Shown here: positions 28,049 to 39,923 of the stretch, piece by piece
How positions within the stretch are numbered: position 1 is the first letter of the stretch
Layout: every line of letters begins with the position of its first letter
Program-made: the position numbers and the translations under genes
Notes under the pieces: generated by a model
The model's database searches: none
The model's input: only the letters and a program-made list of their open reading frames with translations
Told to the model about the DNA's origin: nothing
DNA from: Bacteroidota bacterium
GTDB taxonomy: Bacteria; Bacteroidota; Bacteroidia; UKL13-3
DNA: 64,000 nucleotides
Reading direction: 5' to 3'
Assembly (NCBI GenBank): GCA_027491085.1
Contig: JAIXWW010000006.1
Location: 3,407 to 67,406 of the forward strand

Positions 28049-29155
28049 TTATTTGTTTTGCTTGCCTAGTAACTCTTCTATTTCTTGTTCAATTTCATTT
28101 GCGTCAGCATCAATATCAGTAATCAAATGCCTATGAATATAAACAGGTAATTGACCTAATATAATAGCCATACCAACAATTACTGAAGCTAATACCATAA
28201 TGTTTGTATTTCGTAAAAGAACAGCTACAAAAATAAAAAGCACATTAGTTACATAAAGTGTTAAACAAACTTGATTATGCGTTAATCCAATCTTTATAAG
28301 CCAATGATGTAAATGATTTCTATCTGCTTTGAAAGGAGACTGCTTATTTACTATCCTTAAAATAAAAACTCTCAAGGTATCGTACAAAGGAATTATCAAA
28401 ACTGCAATTGCAATAATAGGTGCTGTAGTTAATAACAATCCATCTGTTCTAACGATATTTCCAAACTCAATAAATTTTAAAGTAAAAATCGAAATCAAAA
28501 AGCCGATGGTCAATGAACCTGCATCACCCATAAAAATTTTAGCTGGAGCGTAATTAAAAAATAAAAAACCTAAAAGAGAACCACTTAAAGCGAAACTAAT
28601 TGTAGCCCAACCAAATTCACCAATAAGATAAAACCACGCAGCGAAGGCTAATGAAATTATCAAACCAAGCCCGCCTGCGAGTCCATCTACTCCATCAATT
28701 AAATTAAAAGCATTGGTAATTACAATAAGTGTAAAAATACTTATTGGTATACTTAAATAAATAGAAATATCATTAACACCAAATAAACCCTGAAAACTTG
28801 TAATTCTGATACCTTCTGCCATACAAACTAAACTTGCAGAAAAAATTTGCATTACCAATTTATTAATGGGCGATATTACAATAATATCATCTTTCAAACC
28901 TGAAAAAAAGAGAACAATTAAACCTGCAGTTAAATATTGTAAACGAGGAACATTAGAATCGGCCCAAAGGCAAACAGAAATGGCAAAAGCCGCAAATATG
29001 GCTAATCCACCCAATCGTGGTATCTTGCTTGTATGTAATTTCCTGTCATTATGTGAATCATACAAACCCTTGAGTTTTGCAATTGTTATAATTGAAGGAA
29101 TCCCAAAAAGGACAATTATAAATGAGGTAATAAATAAAAGTGTGGTATTTAACAT
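28049..29155 (-). CDS. MraY/WecA-family undecaprenyl-phosphate glycosylphosphotransferase
   Basis: PRLGGLAI, GLKDD, NAFNLIDGVDGL, IFMGDAG, ADRNHLHH; start set at ATG 29155. Confidence 0.9.
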   Translation of the reverse strand: MLNTTLLFITSFIIVLFGIPSIITIAKLKGLYDSHNDRKLHTSKIPRLGGLAIFAAFAISVCLWADSNVPRLQYLTAGLIVLFFSGLKDDIIVISPINKLVMQIFSASLVCMAEGIRITSFQGLFGVNDISIYLSIPISIFTLIVITNAFNLIDGVDGLAGGLGLIISLAFAAWFYLIGEFGWATISFALSGSLLGFLFFNYAPAKIFMGDAGSLTIGFLISIFTLKFIEFGNIVRTDGLLLTTAPIIAIAVLIIPLYDTLRVFILRIVNKQSPFKADRNHLHHWLIKIGLTHNQVCLTLYVTNVLFIFVAVLLRNTNIMVLASVIVGMAIILGQLPVYIHRHLITDIDADANEIEQEIEELLGKQNK

Positions 29156-29206
29156 AATAAATGAAATACAAAGAAGTATAAAAGAAATGATAAAAAGAAA
29201 TTTAAG

Positions 29207-29244
29207 CAAAAAAAACTCCGACTATCAATAGATAATCGGAGTTT
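29207..29244 (-). terminator. terminator of the ribosomal superoperon
   Basis: AAACTCCGA/TCGGAGTTT stem with an A9 tract, after rplQ. Confidence 0.85.
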
Positions 29245-29261
29245 CTAATAAATTTATAAAA

Positions 29262-29735
29262 TTACTCTGCAGTTTCTGTAGCAACCTCAGTAGTAGCTAC
29301 TTCTTCCTTTTTAGGAGCTCTTCCACGTCTCGTTTTCTTAGCAGTAGATTTAGCCGCTTTCATAGAAAGCATGGCCTCATTAAAGTCAACTAATTCAATA
29401 ATTGCCATTTCAGCATTATCACCTTGACGATTCATCAACTTTAATATTCTTAAATATCCACCTGGTCTATCAGCTACTTTAGCAGCTACAGGTCCAAATA
29501 ATTCTTTAACTGCTTCTGCTTGCTTTAAATAAGAAAAAACAGTTCTTCGGCTATGTGTAGAGTCTGTCTTTGATTTGGTAATTAAAGGCTCAGCAAATAA
29601 TCTTAGCGCCTTAGCTTTAGCTAAAGTAGTTGTAATTCTTTTATGCAAAATCAATGAAGAAGCCATATTGGCTAACATTGCTTTTCTGTGAGGTGCAGTT
29701 CTACCTAAATGATTAAGTTTGTTTCCGTGTCTCAT
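29262..29735 (-). CDS. rplQ: 50S ribosomal protein L17
   Basis: MRHG...[14 protein letters not shown]. Confidence 0.98.
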   Translation of the reverse strand: MRHGNKLNHLGRTAPHRKAMLANMASSLILHKRITTTLAKAKALRLFAEPLITKSKTDSTHSRRTVFSYLKQAEAVKELFGPVAAKVADRPGGYLRILKLMNRQGDNAEMAIIELVDFNEAMLSMKAAKSTAKKTRRGRAPKKEEVATTEVATETAE

Positions 29736-29765
29736 TATATTTTTTTTTATATCGTACTAATACGA

Positions 29766-30758
29766 CTAGTCTTCGTTTAATTTAAATTTAGCAACATCCA
29801 TCCCAAAGGTTAAACCTTTATCGCGAACAAGCTCTTCTAACTCTGAAAGTGATTTCTTACCAAAATTTCTGAATTTTAATAAGTCAGCTATATCAAAACT
29901 AACCAATTCAGATAATGATTTAATATCAGCTGCTTTTAAACAATTATAGGCACGAACAGATAAATCTAAATCAGATAAAGGTGTTTTAAGAATTTTGCGA
30001 ACATGTAGTAAATTCTCATCTACCTCCTGTGGAACTTCTTTTACTTGAGTATCCAAAGTAATTAATTCGTCACTGAATAACATAAAGTGCTGAATTAATA
30101 TTTTTGCAGCTTCTTTTAAAGCTTCTTCAGGATGAATTGAACCATCAGTACTGATTTCAATATTTAACTTTTCGTAATCAGTTTTTTGTTCAACACGGTA
30201 ATCCTCAACTAAAAATTTAACATTTATGATTGGAGTAAAAACAGCGTCTATTGGAATTACACCAACAATAGAGTCCTTAGTACGGTTCTCATCAGCAGGC
30301 AAATATCCACGACCTTTTTCTACAACAAGTTCAACTTCCAAATGAACAAAACTTTCCATATTACAAATTACCAACTCAGGGTTAAGTATTTTGTAAGCGT
30401 TAGTATGCTTTGCAATATCGCCAGCAGTAAATTGCTCTTGACCTTTAATGTTAATATAAATTTTTTCGTTATCAACCCCATCCATTGTACGTTTAAAACG
30501 CACACGTTTTAGATTAAGAACTATTTCAGTTACATCTTCAATTACACCCTTAACTGTTGAAAACTCATGATCTACACCAGTTATTTTTACGGAAGTAATT
30601 GCGTAACCTTCAAGTGAAGACAATAAAATTCTTCTTAAAGAGTTACCAATAGTAACTCCGTATCCTTTTTCAAGAGGACGGAATTCGAACTGACCGAAAA
30701 AGTCAGTATCTTTATGCATGATAACCTTGTCAGGCTTTTGAAAAGCAAGTATTGCCAT
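29766..30758 (-). CDS. rpoA: RNA polymerase alpha subunit
   Basis: [37 protein letters not shown]. Confidence 0.98.
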   Translation of the reverse strand: MAILAFQKPDKVIMHKDTDFFGQFEFRPLEKGYGVTIGNSLRRILLSSLEGYAITSVKITGVDHEFSTVKGVIEDVTEIVLNLKRVRFKRTMDGVDNEKIYINIKGQEQFTAGDIAKHTNAYKILNPELVICNMESFVHLEVELVVEKGRGYLPADENRTKDSIVGVIPIDAVFTPIINVKFLVEDYRVEQKTDYEKLNIEISTDGSIHPEEALKEAAKILIQHFMLFSDELITLDTQVKEVPQEVDENLLHVRKILKTPLSDLDLSVRAYNCLKAADIKSLSELVSFDIADLLKFRNFGKKSLSELEELVRDKGLTFGMDVAKFKLNED

Positions 30759-30782
30759 TTATAATATTCTTTTTTTAAATTA

Positions 30783-31394
30783 TTATTTAGAGTATAACTC
30801 TACTATTAATTGTTCTTTGATGTTTTCAGGAACTTGATCACGCTCAGGTAAAGAAAGGAAAGTACCAATAAGTGATGAAGAATCCCATGATAACCAATTA
30901 AAACGTTTAACATTAGAATTAGCTAGGCTGTTAACTATAACCTCTACTGATTTTGATTTTTCTCTAACAGCTATAATATCACCTGGTCTTAAAGTATAAG
31001 AAGAAATATTAACAACTTTACCATTTACTGTAATATGTCTATGGCCAACCAATTGACGAGCAGCTGCTCTAGTTGGAGCTAATCCTAAACGATAAACAGT
31101 ATTATCCAAACGGGCTTCTAAGAATTTAATCAAGTTCTCGCCAGTTACACCTTTACGTCTAACAGCTTCTTCAAAAATTTTATAAAACTGGCGCTCTAAA
31201 ACGCCATAAGTATATTTTACTTTTTGTTTTTCACCTAACTGAATAGCATACTCAGTTTGTTTTGTTCTTCTTCTAGCATTACCGTGTTGTCCAGGAGGAA
31301 CAGTACTACGTTTTTCGTAATATTTGTCGCTTCCAAAAATCGGATCTTTAAAGCGTCTTGCTATTTTGGTTTTTGGACCTATATATCTTGCCAT
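30783..31394 (-). CDS. rpsD: 30S ribosomal protein S4
   Basis: MARYIGP, PPGQHG, RLDN.VYR. Confidence 0.98.
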   Translation of the reverse strand: MARYIGPKTKIARRFKDPIFGSDKYYEKRSTVPPGQHGNARRRTKQTEYAIQLGEKQKVKYTYGVLERQFYKIFEEAVRRKGVTGENLIKFLEARLDNTVYRLGLAPTRAAARQLVGHRHITVNGKVVNISSYTLRPGDIIAVREKSKSVEVIVNSLANSNVKRFNWLSWDSSSLIGTFLSLPERDQVPENIKEQLIVELYSK

Positions 31395-31415
31395 TTTGTA
31401 TTCTTATTTAAATGA

Positions 31416-31808
31416 TTATACTCTTCTGCTTTTTGGAGGACGACAACCGTTGTGAGGTAATGGAGTAATATCTTTGATAGATAAAACTTCTAAACCACTA
31501 GCTTGTAAAGTACGGATAGCACTTTCTCTTCCACTTCCTGGTCCCTTAACAAAAACATCAATTTTTTTCATACCAGCATCTACAGCAACTTTAGCACATT
31601 CTGAAGCAGCAGTTTGAGCAGCATATGGAGTATTTTTCTTAGAACCTCTAAATCCCATTTTACCGGCAGAACCCCAAGATACAACCTGACCAGTTGCATT
31701 GGTAATAGAGATAATTATATTATTAAAAGAAGCTTTAATGTGAGCTTGACCATGTGTGTCAATTACAACAACTCTTTTTTTACTAACTTTTTTATTATTT
31801 GTAGCCAT
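31416..31808 (-). CDS. rpsK: 30S ribosomal protein S11
   Basis: [18 protein letters not shown]. Confidence 0.98.
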   Translation of the reverse strand: MATNNKKVSKKRVVVIDTHGQAHIKASFNNIIISITNATGQVVSWGSAGKMGFRGSKKNTPYAAQTAASECAKVAVDAGMKKIDVFVKGPGSGRESAIRTLQASGLEVLSIKDITPLPHNGCRPPKSRRV

Positions 31809-31829
31809 TATTCTTTTTTATGCTATTTA

Positions 31830-32207
31830 TTATTTAGTAACTTTCTTTTTACCTGCTACCGTTTTACGTTTACCTTTTCTGGTACGTGAATTGGTTTTAG
31901 TTCTTTGACCACGAACAGGTAATCCTTTACGATGACGAAGACCACGATAACAACCAATATCTAATAAACGTTTAATATTTAATTGTTTTTCTGATCTTAA
32001 CTCACCTTCAACAGTTACAAAATCAGTGATGTGTTTACGAATAGCACTTAATTCGTCATCACTCCACTCACTAACCTTTTTATTTACATCAATATTATTA
32101 GTATTTAATATTAACGTAGCGGTTGAACGTCCTATTCCGTAAATATAGGTTAAACCTATTTCACCTCTTTTATTTTTTGGTAAATCTATACCTGATATAC
32201 GAGCCAT
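31830..32207 (-). CDS. rpsM: 30S ribosomal protein S13
   Basis: [21 protein letters not shown]. Confidence 0.98.
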   Translation of the reverse strand: MARISGIDLPKNKRGEIGLTYIYGIGRSTATLILNTNNIDVNKKVSEWSDDELSAIRKHITDFVTVEGELRSEKQLNIKRLLDIGCYRGLRHRKGLPVRGQRTKTNSRTRKGKRKTVAGKKKVTK

Positions 32208-32216
32208 ATTATATTA

Positions 32217-32333
32217 TTATCCTTGACGTTGTTTAAACTTTGGGTTCTTTTTGTTAATTACGTAAACTCTACCTTTACGTTTTACAATTACACAATCCTC
32301 GCTGCGTTTCTTTACAGAAGCTCTTACTTTCAT
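32217..32333 (-). CDS. rpmJ: 50S ribosomal protein L36 (Zn-free type); missing from the ORF track
   Basis: Hand translation: [38 protein letters not shown]. Confidence 0.96.
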   Translation of the reverse strand: MKVRASVKKRSEDCVIVKRKGRVYVINKKNPKFKQRQG

Positions 32334-32350
32334 TTCTTCTATTTATTTTT

Positions 32351-32569
32351 TTATTTGTATCTATAAATAATTCTTCCTTTTGTCAAATCGTATGGACTCA
32401 TTTCACATGCAATTTTGTCACCAGGTAAAATTTTGATATAATGCATTCTCATCTTACCAGAAATATGAGCAATTATTTGATGTCCATTTTCCAACTGAAC
32501 TCTAAACATTGCATTACTTAAGGCTTCAACAATAATACCGTCTTGTTTTATAACTGATTGTTTTGACAT
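32351..32569 (-). CDS. infA: translation initiation factor IF-1
   Basis: MSKQ...[10 protein letters not shown]...HISGKMR...[10 protein letters not shown]; 72 aa from ATG 32569. Confidence 0.97.
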   Translation of the reverse strand: MSKQSVIKQDGIIVEALSNAMFRVQLENGHQIIAHISGKMRMHYIKILPGDKIACEMSPYDLTKGRIIYRYK

Positions 32570-32621
32570 TTTTAATTGGGGTTGCGAAAATAATATATTT
32601 TTTTTATTTATCAACAACTAA

Positions 32622-33965
32622 TTAAGCCGCTGTATTACTTCCACTTCTACCTTTAATTTTTCCACTTTTCATTAATCCATCGTATTGACGCATTAATAAA
32701 TGACTTTCGATTTGTTGTAAGGTATCTAAAACAACACCTACTAAAATTAGTAATGATGTTCCTCCATAAAACTGTGCAAATTGGCTATTTATATTAAAAG
32801 CACCTGCAAATGAAGGCAATACTGCGACAAAAGCTAGGAAAATTGCTCCTGGTAAAGTAATTCTGCTCATAACATTATCTATGAAATCTGCAGTAGACTT
32901 GCCTGGTTTAATCCCTGGTATAAATCCATTATTCTTTTTCATATCATCCGAAATTTGATTGGCATTCACTGAAATTGCAGTATAAAAATACGTAAACAAT
33001 ACAATTAACAAGCCAAAAGTCATATTATATGCAAACGATAAAGGGTTGGCAAAAGAAGATAAAAAACTATTTGCTTCTACATTTGAAACAAATTGTGCAA
33101 TATAACCTGGAATAAACATCAATGCTTGAGCAAAAATTATTGGCATTACACCAGCAGCGTTAATTTTCAAAGGGATATATTGCCTTACTCCACCAAATTG
33201 TCTATTTCCAACTATACGCTTAGCATATTGAACAGGAATTCGCCTCGTCCCTTGTACTAATAAAATTGTAATCATTATAACAGCAAATAAAGCCGCTAAT
33301 TCGATTACAAAAATAACCAATCCACCACCACCAGTTGACAATTTAAAGTTGAATTCGTCCCAGAAAGCTATTGGTAAACGAGCAATAATTCCAATCATAA
33401 TGATTAAAGAAATACCATTACCTATACCCTTATCTGTTATTCTTTCCCCTAACCACATTACGAACATGGTGCTAGCAGTTAAAATAATCATAGAACTAAA
33501 AGTAAACATAAAATCAGAGACAACATCCGCAGAGATAATAGCCGAAGGGTTTGTGTTTTTCAAATTAATTATAAAACCATAAGACTGTACAACAGTAATA
33601 GCTATGGTTAAATAACGGGTAATTTGATTAATTTTCCTTCTACCATCTTCACCCTCCTTCTGCATTCTTTGAAATGAAGGTAATGCTAAAGATAACAACT
33701 GAACAACAATTGATGCGCTAATATATGGCATTATGCCAAGAGCAAAAATAGAAGCTCGGCCAAAAGCGCCACCAGCAAACATATTAATGATACCAAATAA
33801 ACCACCATCTGCCTGCTTAGTATCTAACAGATTTGGATCAATTCCAGGTAAAGTTACATAGCTACCGATTCTGTATACTAGTAATAACCAAAACGTGATT
33901 TGAAGTTTAAATCTTAAATCATCAATTCTCCAAATGTTCTTTAATGTATCAAATAGTTTTTTCAT
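32622..33965 (-). CDS. secY: preprotein translocase subunit SecY
   Basis: SIFALGIMPYISASI, GIGNGISL, GGTSLLI. Confidence 0.98.
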   Translation of the reverse strand: MKKLFDTLKNIWRIDDLRFKLQITFWLLLVYRIGSYVTLPGIDPNLLDTKQADGGLFGIINMFAGGAFGRASIFALGIMPYISASIVVQLLSLALPSFQRMQKEGEDGRRKINQITRYLTIAITVVQSYGFIINLKNTNPSAIISADVVSDFMFTFSSMIILTASTMFVMWLGERITDKGIGNGISLIIMIGIIARLPIAFWDEFNFKLSTGGGGLVIFVIELAALFAVIMITILLVQGTRRIPVQYAKRIVGNRQFGGVRQYIPLKINAAGVMPIIFAQALMFIPGYIAQFVSNVEANSFLSSFANPLSFAYNMTFGLLIVLFTYFYTAISVNANQISDDMKKNNGFIPGIKPGKSTADFIDNVMSRITLPGAIFLAFVAVLPSFAGAFNINSQFAQFYGGTSLLILVGVVLDTLQQIESHLLMRQYDGLMKSGKIKGRSGSNTAA

Positions 33966-33971
33966 TCGTTA

Positions 33972-34421
33972 TTAGATTTTTACTATAGAACCTCCAACTG
34001 CCTCGATAGCTTTTTGAGCCGAAGCAGAAAAAGCATGTGCTTTAACCTCAACAGCAACGCTAATATCTCCTCTTCCTAATATTTTCACAAGGTGATTTTT
34101 ACTTACAATACCATTTGCTACCAAAACATCAAAATCAATTGATTTCAATCCTTTTTCTGTAGCAATGATTTGTAATCTATCTAAATTGATACCAACGTAT
34201 TCAACTCTATTCAAGCTTTTGAAACCAATTTTTGGTAAACGTCTGTATAAAGGCATTTGACCACCTTCAAAACCACGCTTAGTGCTAGTACCACTTCTAG
34301 AACCAGCACCTTTATTACCACGTGCAGCAGTTCCACCTTTTCCACTACCTTCACCTCTACCTACTCTTTTACCTTCTTTATGAACTGAACCAGCTGCTGG
34401 TTTTAAATTATGTAAATTCAT
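33972..34421 (-). CDS. rplO: 50S ribosomal protein L15
   Basis: GRGEGSGKG, GFEGGQMP. Confidence 0.98.
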   Translation of the reverse strand: MNLHNLKPAAGSVHKEGKRVGRGEGSGKGGTAARGNKGAGSRSGTSTKRGFEGGQMPLYRRLPKIGFKSLNRVEYVGINLDRLQIIATEKGLKSIDFDVLVANGIVSKNHLVKILGRGDISVAVEVKAHAFSASAQKAIEAVGGSIVKI

Positions 34422-34433
34422 TAATTAATATTT

Positions 34434-34613
34434 TTAAATGTTTTCAACTTTTAATAAATGAGCAACTTTGTTGATCATACCTAATACAGCAGGAGTTCCT
34501 TCAACCTCGCGGGATTGATTTAATTTTGAAAATCCTAAAGCTTTAATAGTACGCTTTTGACCCTCAGGTCTGTCAATGATGCTTTTTACGTATGTAATTT
34601 TAACCTTAGCCAT
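34434..34613 (-). CDS. rpmD: 50S ribosomal protein L30; missing from the ORF track
   Basis: Hand translation: [27 protein letters not shown]...[15 protein letters not shown] (59 aa). Confidence 0.96.
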   Translation of the reverse strand: MAKVKITYVKSIIDRPEGQKRTIKALGFSKLNQSREVEGTPAVLGMINKVAHLLKVENI

Positions 34614-35142
34614 TATTCACTTCTCCTCCATTAAAAACTTTTTTCATCGATATACCACGAGTATTTGCAATAGTGTAGGCATCACGCATGTTTAATAAAG
34701 CATCAACAGTAGCTTTAACAACATTATGTGGGTTTGATGATCCTTTAGATTTAGCTAATACGTCTGTAACCCCAGCACTTTCTAAAACTGCACGCATTGC
34801 ACCACCAGCAATTACACCAGTTCCATGCGCAGCAGGCTTAAGAAAAACTCTTCCTCCACCATATTTTCCAAGTTGCTCATGAGGTATAGTACCTTTAAGA
34901 ACTGGAACTTTCATTAAATTCTTTTTAGCGTCTTCAACTCCTTTGCTGATAGAATCAGTTACCTCGTTAGCTTTACCTAAACCGTAACCAATAACACCAT
35001 TTCCATCTCCCACTACAACTAAAGCTGAAAAGCTAAAAGTACGTCCACCTTTTGTAACTTTTGCTACACGGTTTATTGCAACTACTCTTTCTTTAAGCTC
35101 TATGTCGCTTGATTTTACTCTTTTTATATTTTCTGTAGACAT
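34606..35142 (-). CDS. rpsE: 30S ribosomal protein S5
   Basis: [18 protein letters not shown]. Confidence 0.98.
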   Translation of the reverse strand: MSTENIKRVKSSDIELKERVVAINRVAKVTKGGRTFSFSALVVVGDGNGVIGYGLGKANEVTDSISKGVEDAKKNLMKVPVLKGTIPHEQLGKYGGGRVFLKPAAHGTGVIAGGAMRAVLESAGVTDVLAKSKGSSNPHNVVKATVDALLNMRDAYTIANTRGISMKKVFNGGEVNNG

Positions 35143-35195
35143 AATATTTATTGTTTTACTTTATGCTGATAACAACATAAAATGATAAAAGCAAT

Positions 35196-35543
35196 TTAAA
35201 ACTTTAAACCTCCTTCGCGAGCACCTTCAGCTAAACTCTTGATACGACCATGGTATAAGTAACCATTTCTATCAAAAACAACTTCGGTAATGCCAGATGA
35301 TATTGCTTTTTGTGCTATTTCTTTACCAACTCTAATTGATAATTCAACTTTACAAACTTTCTCAGTAATTGAGCGTGAAGAAGAAGACACTAAAGTCTTT
35401 CCTGCAACATCATCAATAATTTGAGCATATATAGCTTTATTGCTACGGAATACAGATAAACGTGGTTTAACAGGAGTACCTTTAATACGGCCACGAATTC
35501 CTCTTTTTATTCTAGATCTGCGTAATTCTTTTTTGGTTGCCAT
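35196..35543 (-). CDS. rplR: 50S ribosomal protein L18
   Basis: [19 protein letters not shown]. Confidence 0.98.
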   Translation of the reverse strand: MATKKELRRSRIKRGIRGRIKGTPVKPRLSVFRSNKAIYAQIIDDVAGKTLVSSSSRSITEKVCKVELSIRVGKEIAQKAISSGITEVVFDRNGYLYHGRIKSLAEGAREGGLKF

Positions 35544-35551
35544 AACTTTTA

Positions 35552-36106
35552 TTATTTAGATGCTGTTTTACCCGCTTTTCTTCTTAGAACTTCACCAACA
35601 AACTTGATACCTTTACCTTTATAAGGCTCAGGAGAACGTAATGAACGAATTTTAGCAGCTACTTGACCAATCAATTGTTTATCGGCACTTTCTAAGGTAA
35701 TGATTGGGTTTTTACCTTTTTCAGTTTCTGTCTTCACAGTAATTTCTTTTGGAACTTCAAAATAAATATGATGCGAAAAACCTAAGATTAAATCAAGAAT
35801 ATTTCCTTCATTTGTTGCTTTGTAACCAACACCTACTAATTCTTGCTTTTTGGTGTAACCTTGAGTAACACCTACAATCATATTATTTATTAATGATCTG
35901 TAAAGACCATGCAAAGCTCTATGTCTCTTGTGATCTGTTGGTCTTGAAACCAAAATCTCACCTTCGTTAAGAGTAATTGTAATATCCGCATCAACTTGTT
36001 GATGTAACTCGCCTTTAGGACCTTTCACAGTAACTAAATTACTGTTGCTAATTTTAAAATCAACACCAGCTGGCAATTTTATTGGGGCTTTTCCTATACG
36101 TGACAT
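35552..36106 (-). CDS. rplF: 50S ribosomal protein L6
   Basis: [15 protein letters not shown]. Confidence 0.98.
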   Translation of the reverse strand: MSRIGKAPIKLPAGVDFKISNSNLVTVKGPKGELHQQVDADITITLNEGEILVSRPTDHKRHRALHGLYRSLINNMIVGVTQGYTKKQELVGVGYKATNEGNILDLILGFSHHIYFEVPKEITVKTETEKGKNPIITLESADKQLIGQVAAKIRSLRSPEPYKGKGIKFVGEVLRRKAGKTASK

Positions 36107-36125
36107 GAAATTGTTCTCCTATTAA

Positions 36126-36524
36126 TTAATAAATATAACATAAAACTTCGCCACCAACATTAAGTTTTCTAGCTTCTTTATCAGTCATTACACCTTTTGA
36201 AGTTGTAAGTACAGCGATACCTAAACCATTGATAACTCTAGGCATACTTTCTATACCTGCATACCTTCTTAAACCAGGACGACTAACGCGATCTAGTTTT
36301 TTTATAGCAGATGCTTTTGTAATAGGATGATATTTTAAGGCAATTTTTATTGAACCTTGATGATTTACTACGTCCTCAAATTTATAATTTAAGATGTAAC
36401 CTTTTTCGAAAAGAACTCTTGTAATTTCTTTCTTCAAGTTTGACGCAGGAATTTCTACGATGCGATGATTTGCTTTGATAGCATTACGCAACCTTGTTAA
36501 GTAATCTGATATTGGATCTGTCAT
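36126..36524 (-). CDS. rpsH: 30S ribosomal protein S8
   Basis: DPISDYLTRLRNA, SRPGLR, GGEV. Confidence 0.98.
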   Translation of the reverse strand: MTDPISDYLTRLRNAIKANHRIVEIPASNLKKEITRVLFEKGYILNYKFEDVVNHQGSIKIALKYHPITKASAIKKLDRVSRPGLRRYAGIESMPRVINGLGIAVLTTSKGVMTDKEARKLNVGGEVLCYIY

Positions 36525-36602
36525 TATGTTTTTAATTTACTTGTTAGCAGTAAGCCAAGGGCACTCTTACTAACTAAGTTGTTTATATTTTATAAAGGGG
36601 TG

Positions 36603-36633
36603 CAAATATAATTATTTATACACCTTTAGCAAA
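36603..36633 (-). promoter_or_regulatory. internal promoter between rpsN and rpsH
   Basis: TTTG-N19-TATATTTG, a full match to the Bacteroidota -33/-7 consensus, in a 120-bp gap. Confidence 0.75.
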
Positions 36634-36644
36634 TTTATTTTAAA

Positions 36645-36914
36645 TTACCAAGAAGCCTTAGTAACACCTGGTATTTTACCCATAGAAGCAAGTTCACGGA
36701 ATTGATTACGGCAAATACCGAAATCACTCATGTAACCTTTTGGTCTACCTGTTAATTTACATCTATTGTGTAAGCGCACAGGTGATGAATTTCTAGGTAA
36801 CTTTTGTAAACCTACATAATCACCAGCTTCTTTAAGAGCCTTACGTTTGTCTGCAAATTGAGCATTTAATTTTTCTCTTTTGCGTTGACGAGCTTTAACT
36901 GATTCTTTAGCCAT
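36645..36914 (-). CDS. rpsN: 30S ribosomal protein S14 (Zn-free, 89 aa)
   Basis: [22 protein letters not shown]. Confidence 0.98.
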   Translation of the reverse strand: MAKESVKARQRKREKLNAQFADKRKALKEAGDYVGLQKLPRNSSPVRLHNRCKLTGRPKGYMSDFGICRNQFRELASMGKIPGVTKASW

Positions 36915-36921
36915 TTGTTAA

Positions 36922-37485
36922 TTATTTATTTTGATTTTTGAAAGGTAAACCAAATTCTTTCAATAAAGAAAGACATTCTTCATCTGTTGCAGCAGTAGTA
37001 ACAAAAGTGATATCCATACCATTAATTCTAGTAACTTTTTCAATTACTATTTCCGGAAAAATGATTTGCTCAGTGATACCCATTGTATAATTACCACGGC
37101 TATCAAAACCTTTTTCATTTAATCCAGCGAAATCTCTAACACGTGGTAAAGAAACTGAAATTAATCTATCTAAAAATTCGTACATTTTTACACCTCTTAA
37201 TGTTACGCGAGCTCCAATAGGAATGTTTTTACGTAATTTAAAATTTGAAATATCCTTTTTAGATTTAGTACCAACAGCTTTTTGACCTGCTATGGAAGTC
37301 ATTTCAAGTAGTGCTTGATCAACTATTTTTTTATCTGATACTGCAGCACCTACACCTTGGTTTAAACAAATTTTAACCAATTTTGGTACTTGCATTACAT
37401 TTTTATATCCAAACTTCTCTATCATGGCAGGTTTTACCTTGGCATCATAGTCTTGTTTTAATCTAGGAACGTATGTTGTTGTCAT
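36922..37485 (-). CDS. rplE: 50S ribosomal protein L5
   Basis: [18 protein letters not shown]. Confidence 0.98.
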   Translation of the reverse strand: MTTTYVPRLKQDYDAKVKPAMIEKFGYKNVMQVPKLVKICLNQGVGAAVSDKKIVDQALLEMTSIAGQKAVGTKSKKDISNFKLRKNIPIGARVTLRGVKMYEFLDRLISVSLPRVRDFAGLNEKGFDSRGNYTMGITEQIIFPEIVIEKVTRINGMDITFVTTAATDEECLSLLKEFGLPFKNQNK

Positions 37486-37489
37486 GTTC

Positions 37490-37828
37490 TTAATTAATTA
37501 TATCTTGCGATTTTTTTGAAAATCTAACAGTTTTTCCTTCAGCATCTTTCTTACGACCGATTTTTGAAGCAACACCATTGTTATCTAAAACAGCTAAATT
37601 ACTTATACTGATAGGTGCTTCTTTTTTAATGATACCACCTTGTTGATTTTGTGCATTAGGCTTTGTGTGACGGCTAACAATGTTAATACCCTCAACTATT
37701 GCCTTATTTTTTGCAGTAATAATTTCTAAAACTTTTCCAGTTTTACCTTTATCATCACCAGCAATAACTTTTACGCGATCATCTTTCTTGATACGTAACT
37801 TTATTTTGTTGTTTACGTTTTTTTCCAT
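37490..37828 (-). CDS. rplX: 50S ribosomal protein L24
   Basis: KOW motif [14 protein letters not shown]. Confidence 0.98.
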   Translation of the reverse strand: MEKNVNNKIKLRIKKDDRVKVIAGDDKGKTGKVLEIITAKNKAIVEGINIVSRHTKPNAQNQQGGIIKKEAPISISNLAVLDNNGVASKIGRKKDAEGKTVRFSKKSQDIIN

Positions 37829-37830
37829 GA

Positions 37831-38199
37831 TTATAATACCTCCGGTGCTAATGAAACAATTTTCATGAATTGTTTTTCTCTTAACTCACGTGCAACTGGG
37901 CCAAATATACGAGTAGCACGAGGTTCATCTTGTGCATTTAATAATACACATGAATTATCGTCAAAACGAATGTAAGAACCGTCAGCTCTACGAACTTCCT
38001 TTTTGGTTCTAACAACAACAGCTTTAGAAACTGCACCTTTTTTAACTCCCCCTGAAGGTAAAGCTGACTTAACTGTAACTACAATTTTATCACCTACAGA
38101 AGCATATCTTCTTCCAGTACCACCAAGAACTCGGATACATAATACCTCGCGAGCTCCACTATTATCGGCTACTTTTAGTCTTGATTCCTGTTGTATCAT
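37831..38199 (-). CDS. rplN: 50S ribosomal protein L14
   Basis: VADNSGA, SLAPEVL. Confidence 0.98.
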   Translation of the reverse strand: MIQQESRLKVADNSGAREVLCIRVLGGTGRRYASVGDKIVVTVKSALPSGGVKKGAVSKAVVVRTKKEVRRADGSYIRFDDNSCVLLNAQDEPRATRIFGPVARELREKQFMKIVSLAPEVL

Positions 38200-38203
38200 T
38201 TTA

Positions 38204-38473
38204 TTATTTAGCTTTTTCTACTATTTCTACTAATCTCCAACGCTTATCTTTACTTAATGGTCTTGTTTCCATTAATTTAACGATATCGTTCATGCTACTT
38301 TCATTTTTCTCATCGTGAGCTTTAAAAGTAGAAGTCATTTTTATGAACTTCCCGTATTTTGGGTGCATTACTTTACGCTCTACAGAAACAACAATTGTTT
38401 TTTGCATTTTGTTGCTTACTACTTTCCCAATAATAACCTTACGTGAATTTCTATTCTCTGCTGTTATTTCCAT
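38204..38473 (-). CDS. rpsQ: 30S ribosomal protein S17
   Basis: [16 protein letters not shown]. Confidence 0.98.
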   Translation of the reverse strand: MEITAENRNSRKVIIGKVVSNKMQKTIVVSVERKVMHPKYGKFIKMTSTFKAHDEKNESSMNDIVKLMETRPLSKDKRWRLVEIVEKAK

Positions 38474-38488
38474 TTTGTTACAGTATAA

Positions 38489-38686
38489 TTAAGCAGTAGC
38501 TAACTGACGAGCTTTCTTTTCAGTAAGAATTCGTGCAATAGTTTTTTTGCTTTCGTTTATCAATCTTGGATTTTCGATAGGTGAAACTGCATTTTGTAGA
38601 GATAGTTTTGAAAAATTCAAACGCTCTTCCTTTAAAGCAATATTCAATTCTTTTTCCGATAATTCTTTAATTTCTTTATTATTCAT
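38489..38686 (-). CDS. rpmC: 50S ribosomal protein L29
   Basis: ENP.......IARILT; operon position. Confidence 0.95.
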   Translation of the reverse strand: MNNKEIKELSEKELNIALKEERLNFSKLSLQNAVSPIENPRLINESKKTIARILTEKKARQLATA

Positions 38687-38688
38687 AA

Positions 38689-39111
38689 CTAGTTTCCGTT
38701 ATAATCTGGTTTAACAATAAATTTGGTGATTACAGGTAACTTTTGAGCAGCTAAGCGCATTGCTTCTCTTGCTGTTTCCACTGGAACACCTTCTGCTTCA
38801 AATATAATTGTACCAGGCTTACAAACAGCTACCCAAAATTCAGGAGCTCCTTTACCTTTACCCATACGAACCTCTGCTGGTTTTCTAGTCATCGGTTTAT
38901 CAGGGAAAACTCTAATCCAAACCTGACCTTCTCTTTTCATGAAGCGATTTAAAGCAACACGCGCAGCTTCAATTTGCTTAGAAGTTAAGAAGCAAGTATC
39001 AAGTGCTTTTAATCCAAACGAACCAAAGGCAACAGTAAAACCTCTTGAAGCATTACCTTTTACTTTACCTTTTTGTTGTTTCCTAAATTTTGTTTTTTTG
39101 GGCTGTAACAT
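38689..39111 (-). CDS. rplP: 50S ribosomal protein L16
   Basis: [14 protein letters not shown]. Confidence 0.98.
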   Translation of the reverse strand: MLQPKKTKFRKQQKGKVKGNASRGFTVAFGSFGLKALDTCFLTSKQIEAARVALNRFMKREGQVWIRVFPDKPMTRKPAEVRMGKGKGAPEFWVAVCKPGTIIFEAEGVPVETAREAMRLAAQKLPVITKFIVKPDYNGN

Positions 39112-39146
39112 TTTTACAGTTATTTAATATTATTGATAAAACTAAT

Positions 39147-39923
39147 TTATTTTTTTTCTCTTTTTGGCTTTCTATCGCCACCTCTACCAGCTCCACCACG
39201 ACTATCTCTTCTGTCATCTCTTCTATCACCTCTGCGATCAGGACGTTGGTTTTGGCCTTTTGCTTCAGCTACGCCTTGGTTAGGAGACAAATCTCTCTTT
39301 CCGTAAATTTCACCTTTGCAAATCCACACTTTGATACCGATCTTACCATACACAGTTAAAGCCTCAGCAATTGTGTAATCAATGTCAGAACGTAAAGTAT
39401 GTAATGGGGTTCTTCCTTCTTTGTAAGATTCAGAACGAGCCATCTCAGCTCCACCTAAACGACCACTGATTGTAACTTTTATACCATCAGCACCCATTTT
39501 CATGGTGTTTGAAATAGCACCTTTTAATGCTCTTTTGTATGAAACGCGGGCTTCAATTTGGCTAGCAATTTGCTCTCCAACAAGAACCGCATCTAACTCA
39601 GGACGTTTGATTTCAAATATATTGATTGCAACGTCTTTTTTAGTTAATTTTTTGATTTCTTCCTTGATTTTATCAACCTCGGTTCCACCTTTCCCAATTA
39701 TAATACCTGGACGTGAGGTGTGAATAGTAATGATAATACGTTTAATTGTACGCTCAATAACTATTTTAGACATACCTGCTTTTACTATACGAGCACGTAA
39801 GTATTTTCTAATTTTCTCATCCTCAATTAATTTTTCGGCAAAATTTTTACCACCAAACCAATTGCTTTCCCAGCCTCTGATTATGCCTAAACGTAATGCT
39901 ATCGGATTTACCTTTTGTCCCAT
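39147..39923 (-). CDS. rpsC: 30S ribosomal protein S3
   Basis: [23 protein letters not shown]. Confidence 0.98.
   Translation of the reverse strand: MGQKVNPIALRLGIIRGWESNWFGGKNFAEKLIEDEKIRKYLRARIVKAGMSKIVIERTIKRIIITIHTSRPGIIIGKGGTEVDKIKEEIKKLTKKDVAINIFEIKRPELDAVLVGEQIASQIEARVSYKRALKGAISNTMKMGADGIKVTISGRLGGAEMARSESYKEGRTPLHTLRSDIDYTIAEALTVYGKIGIKVWICKGEIYGKRDLSPNQGVAEAKGQNQRPDRRGDRRDDRRDSRGGAGRGGDRKPKREKK

Noticed and set aside
32570-32621. No map/adk between secY and infA, and no tuf after fusA
   Set aside because: Common gene-order variants in this phylum
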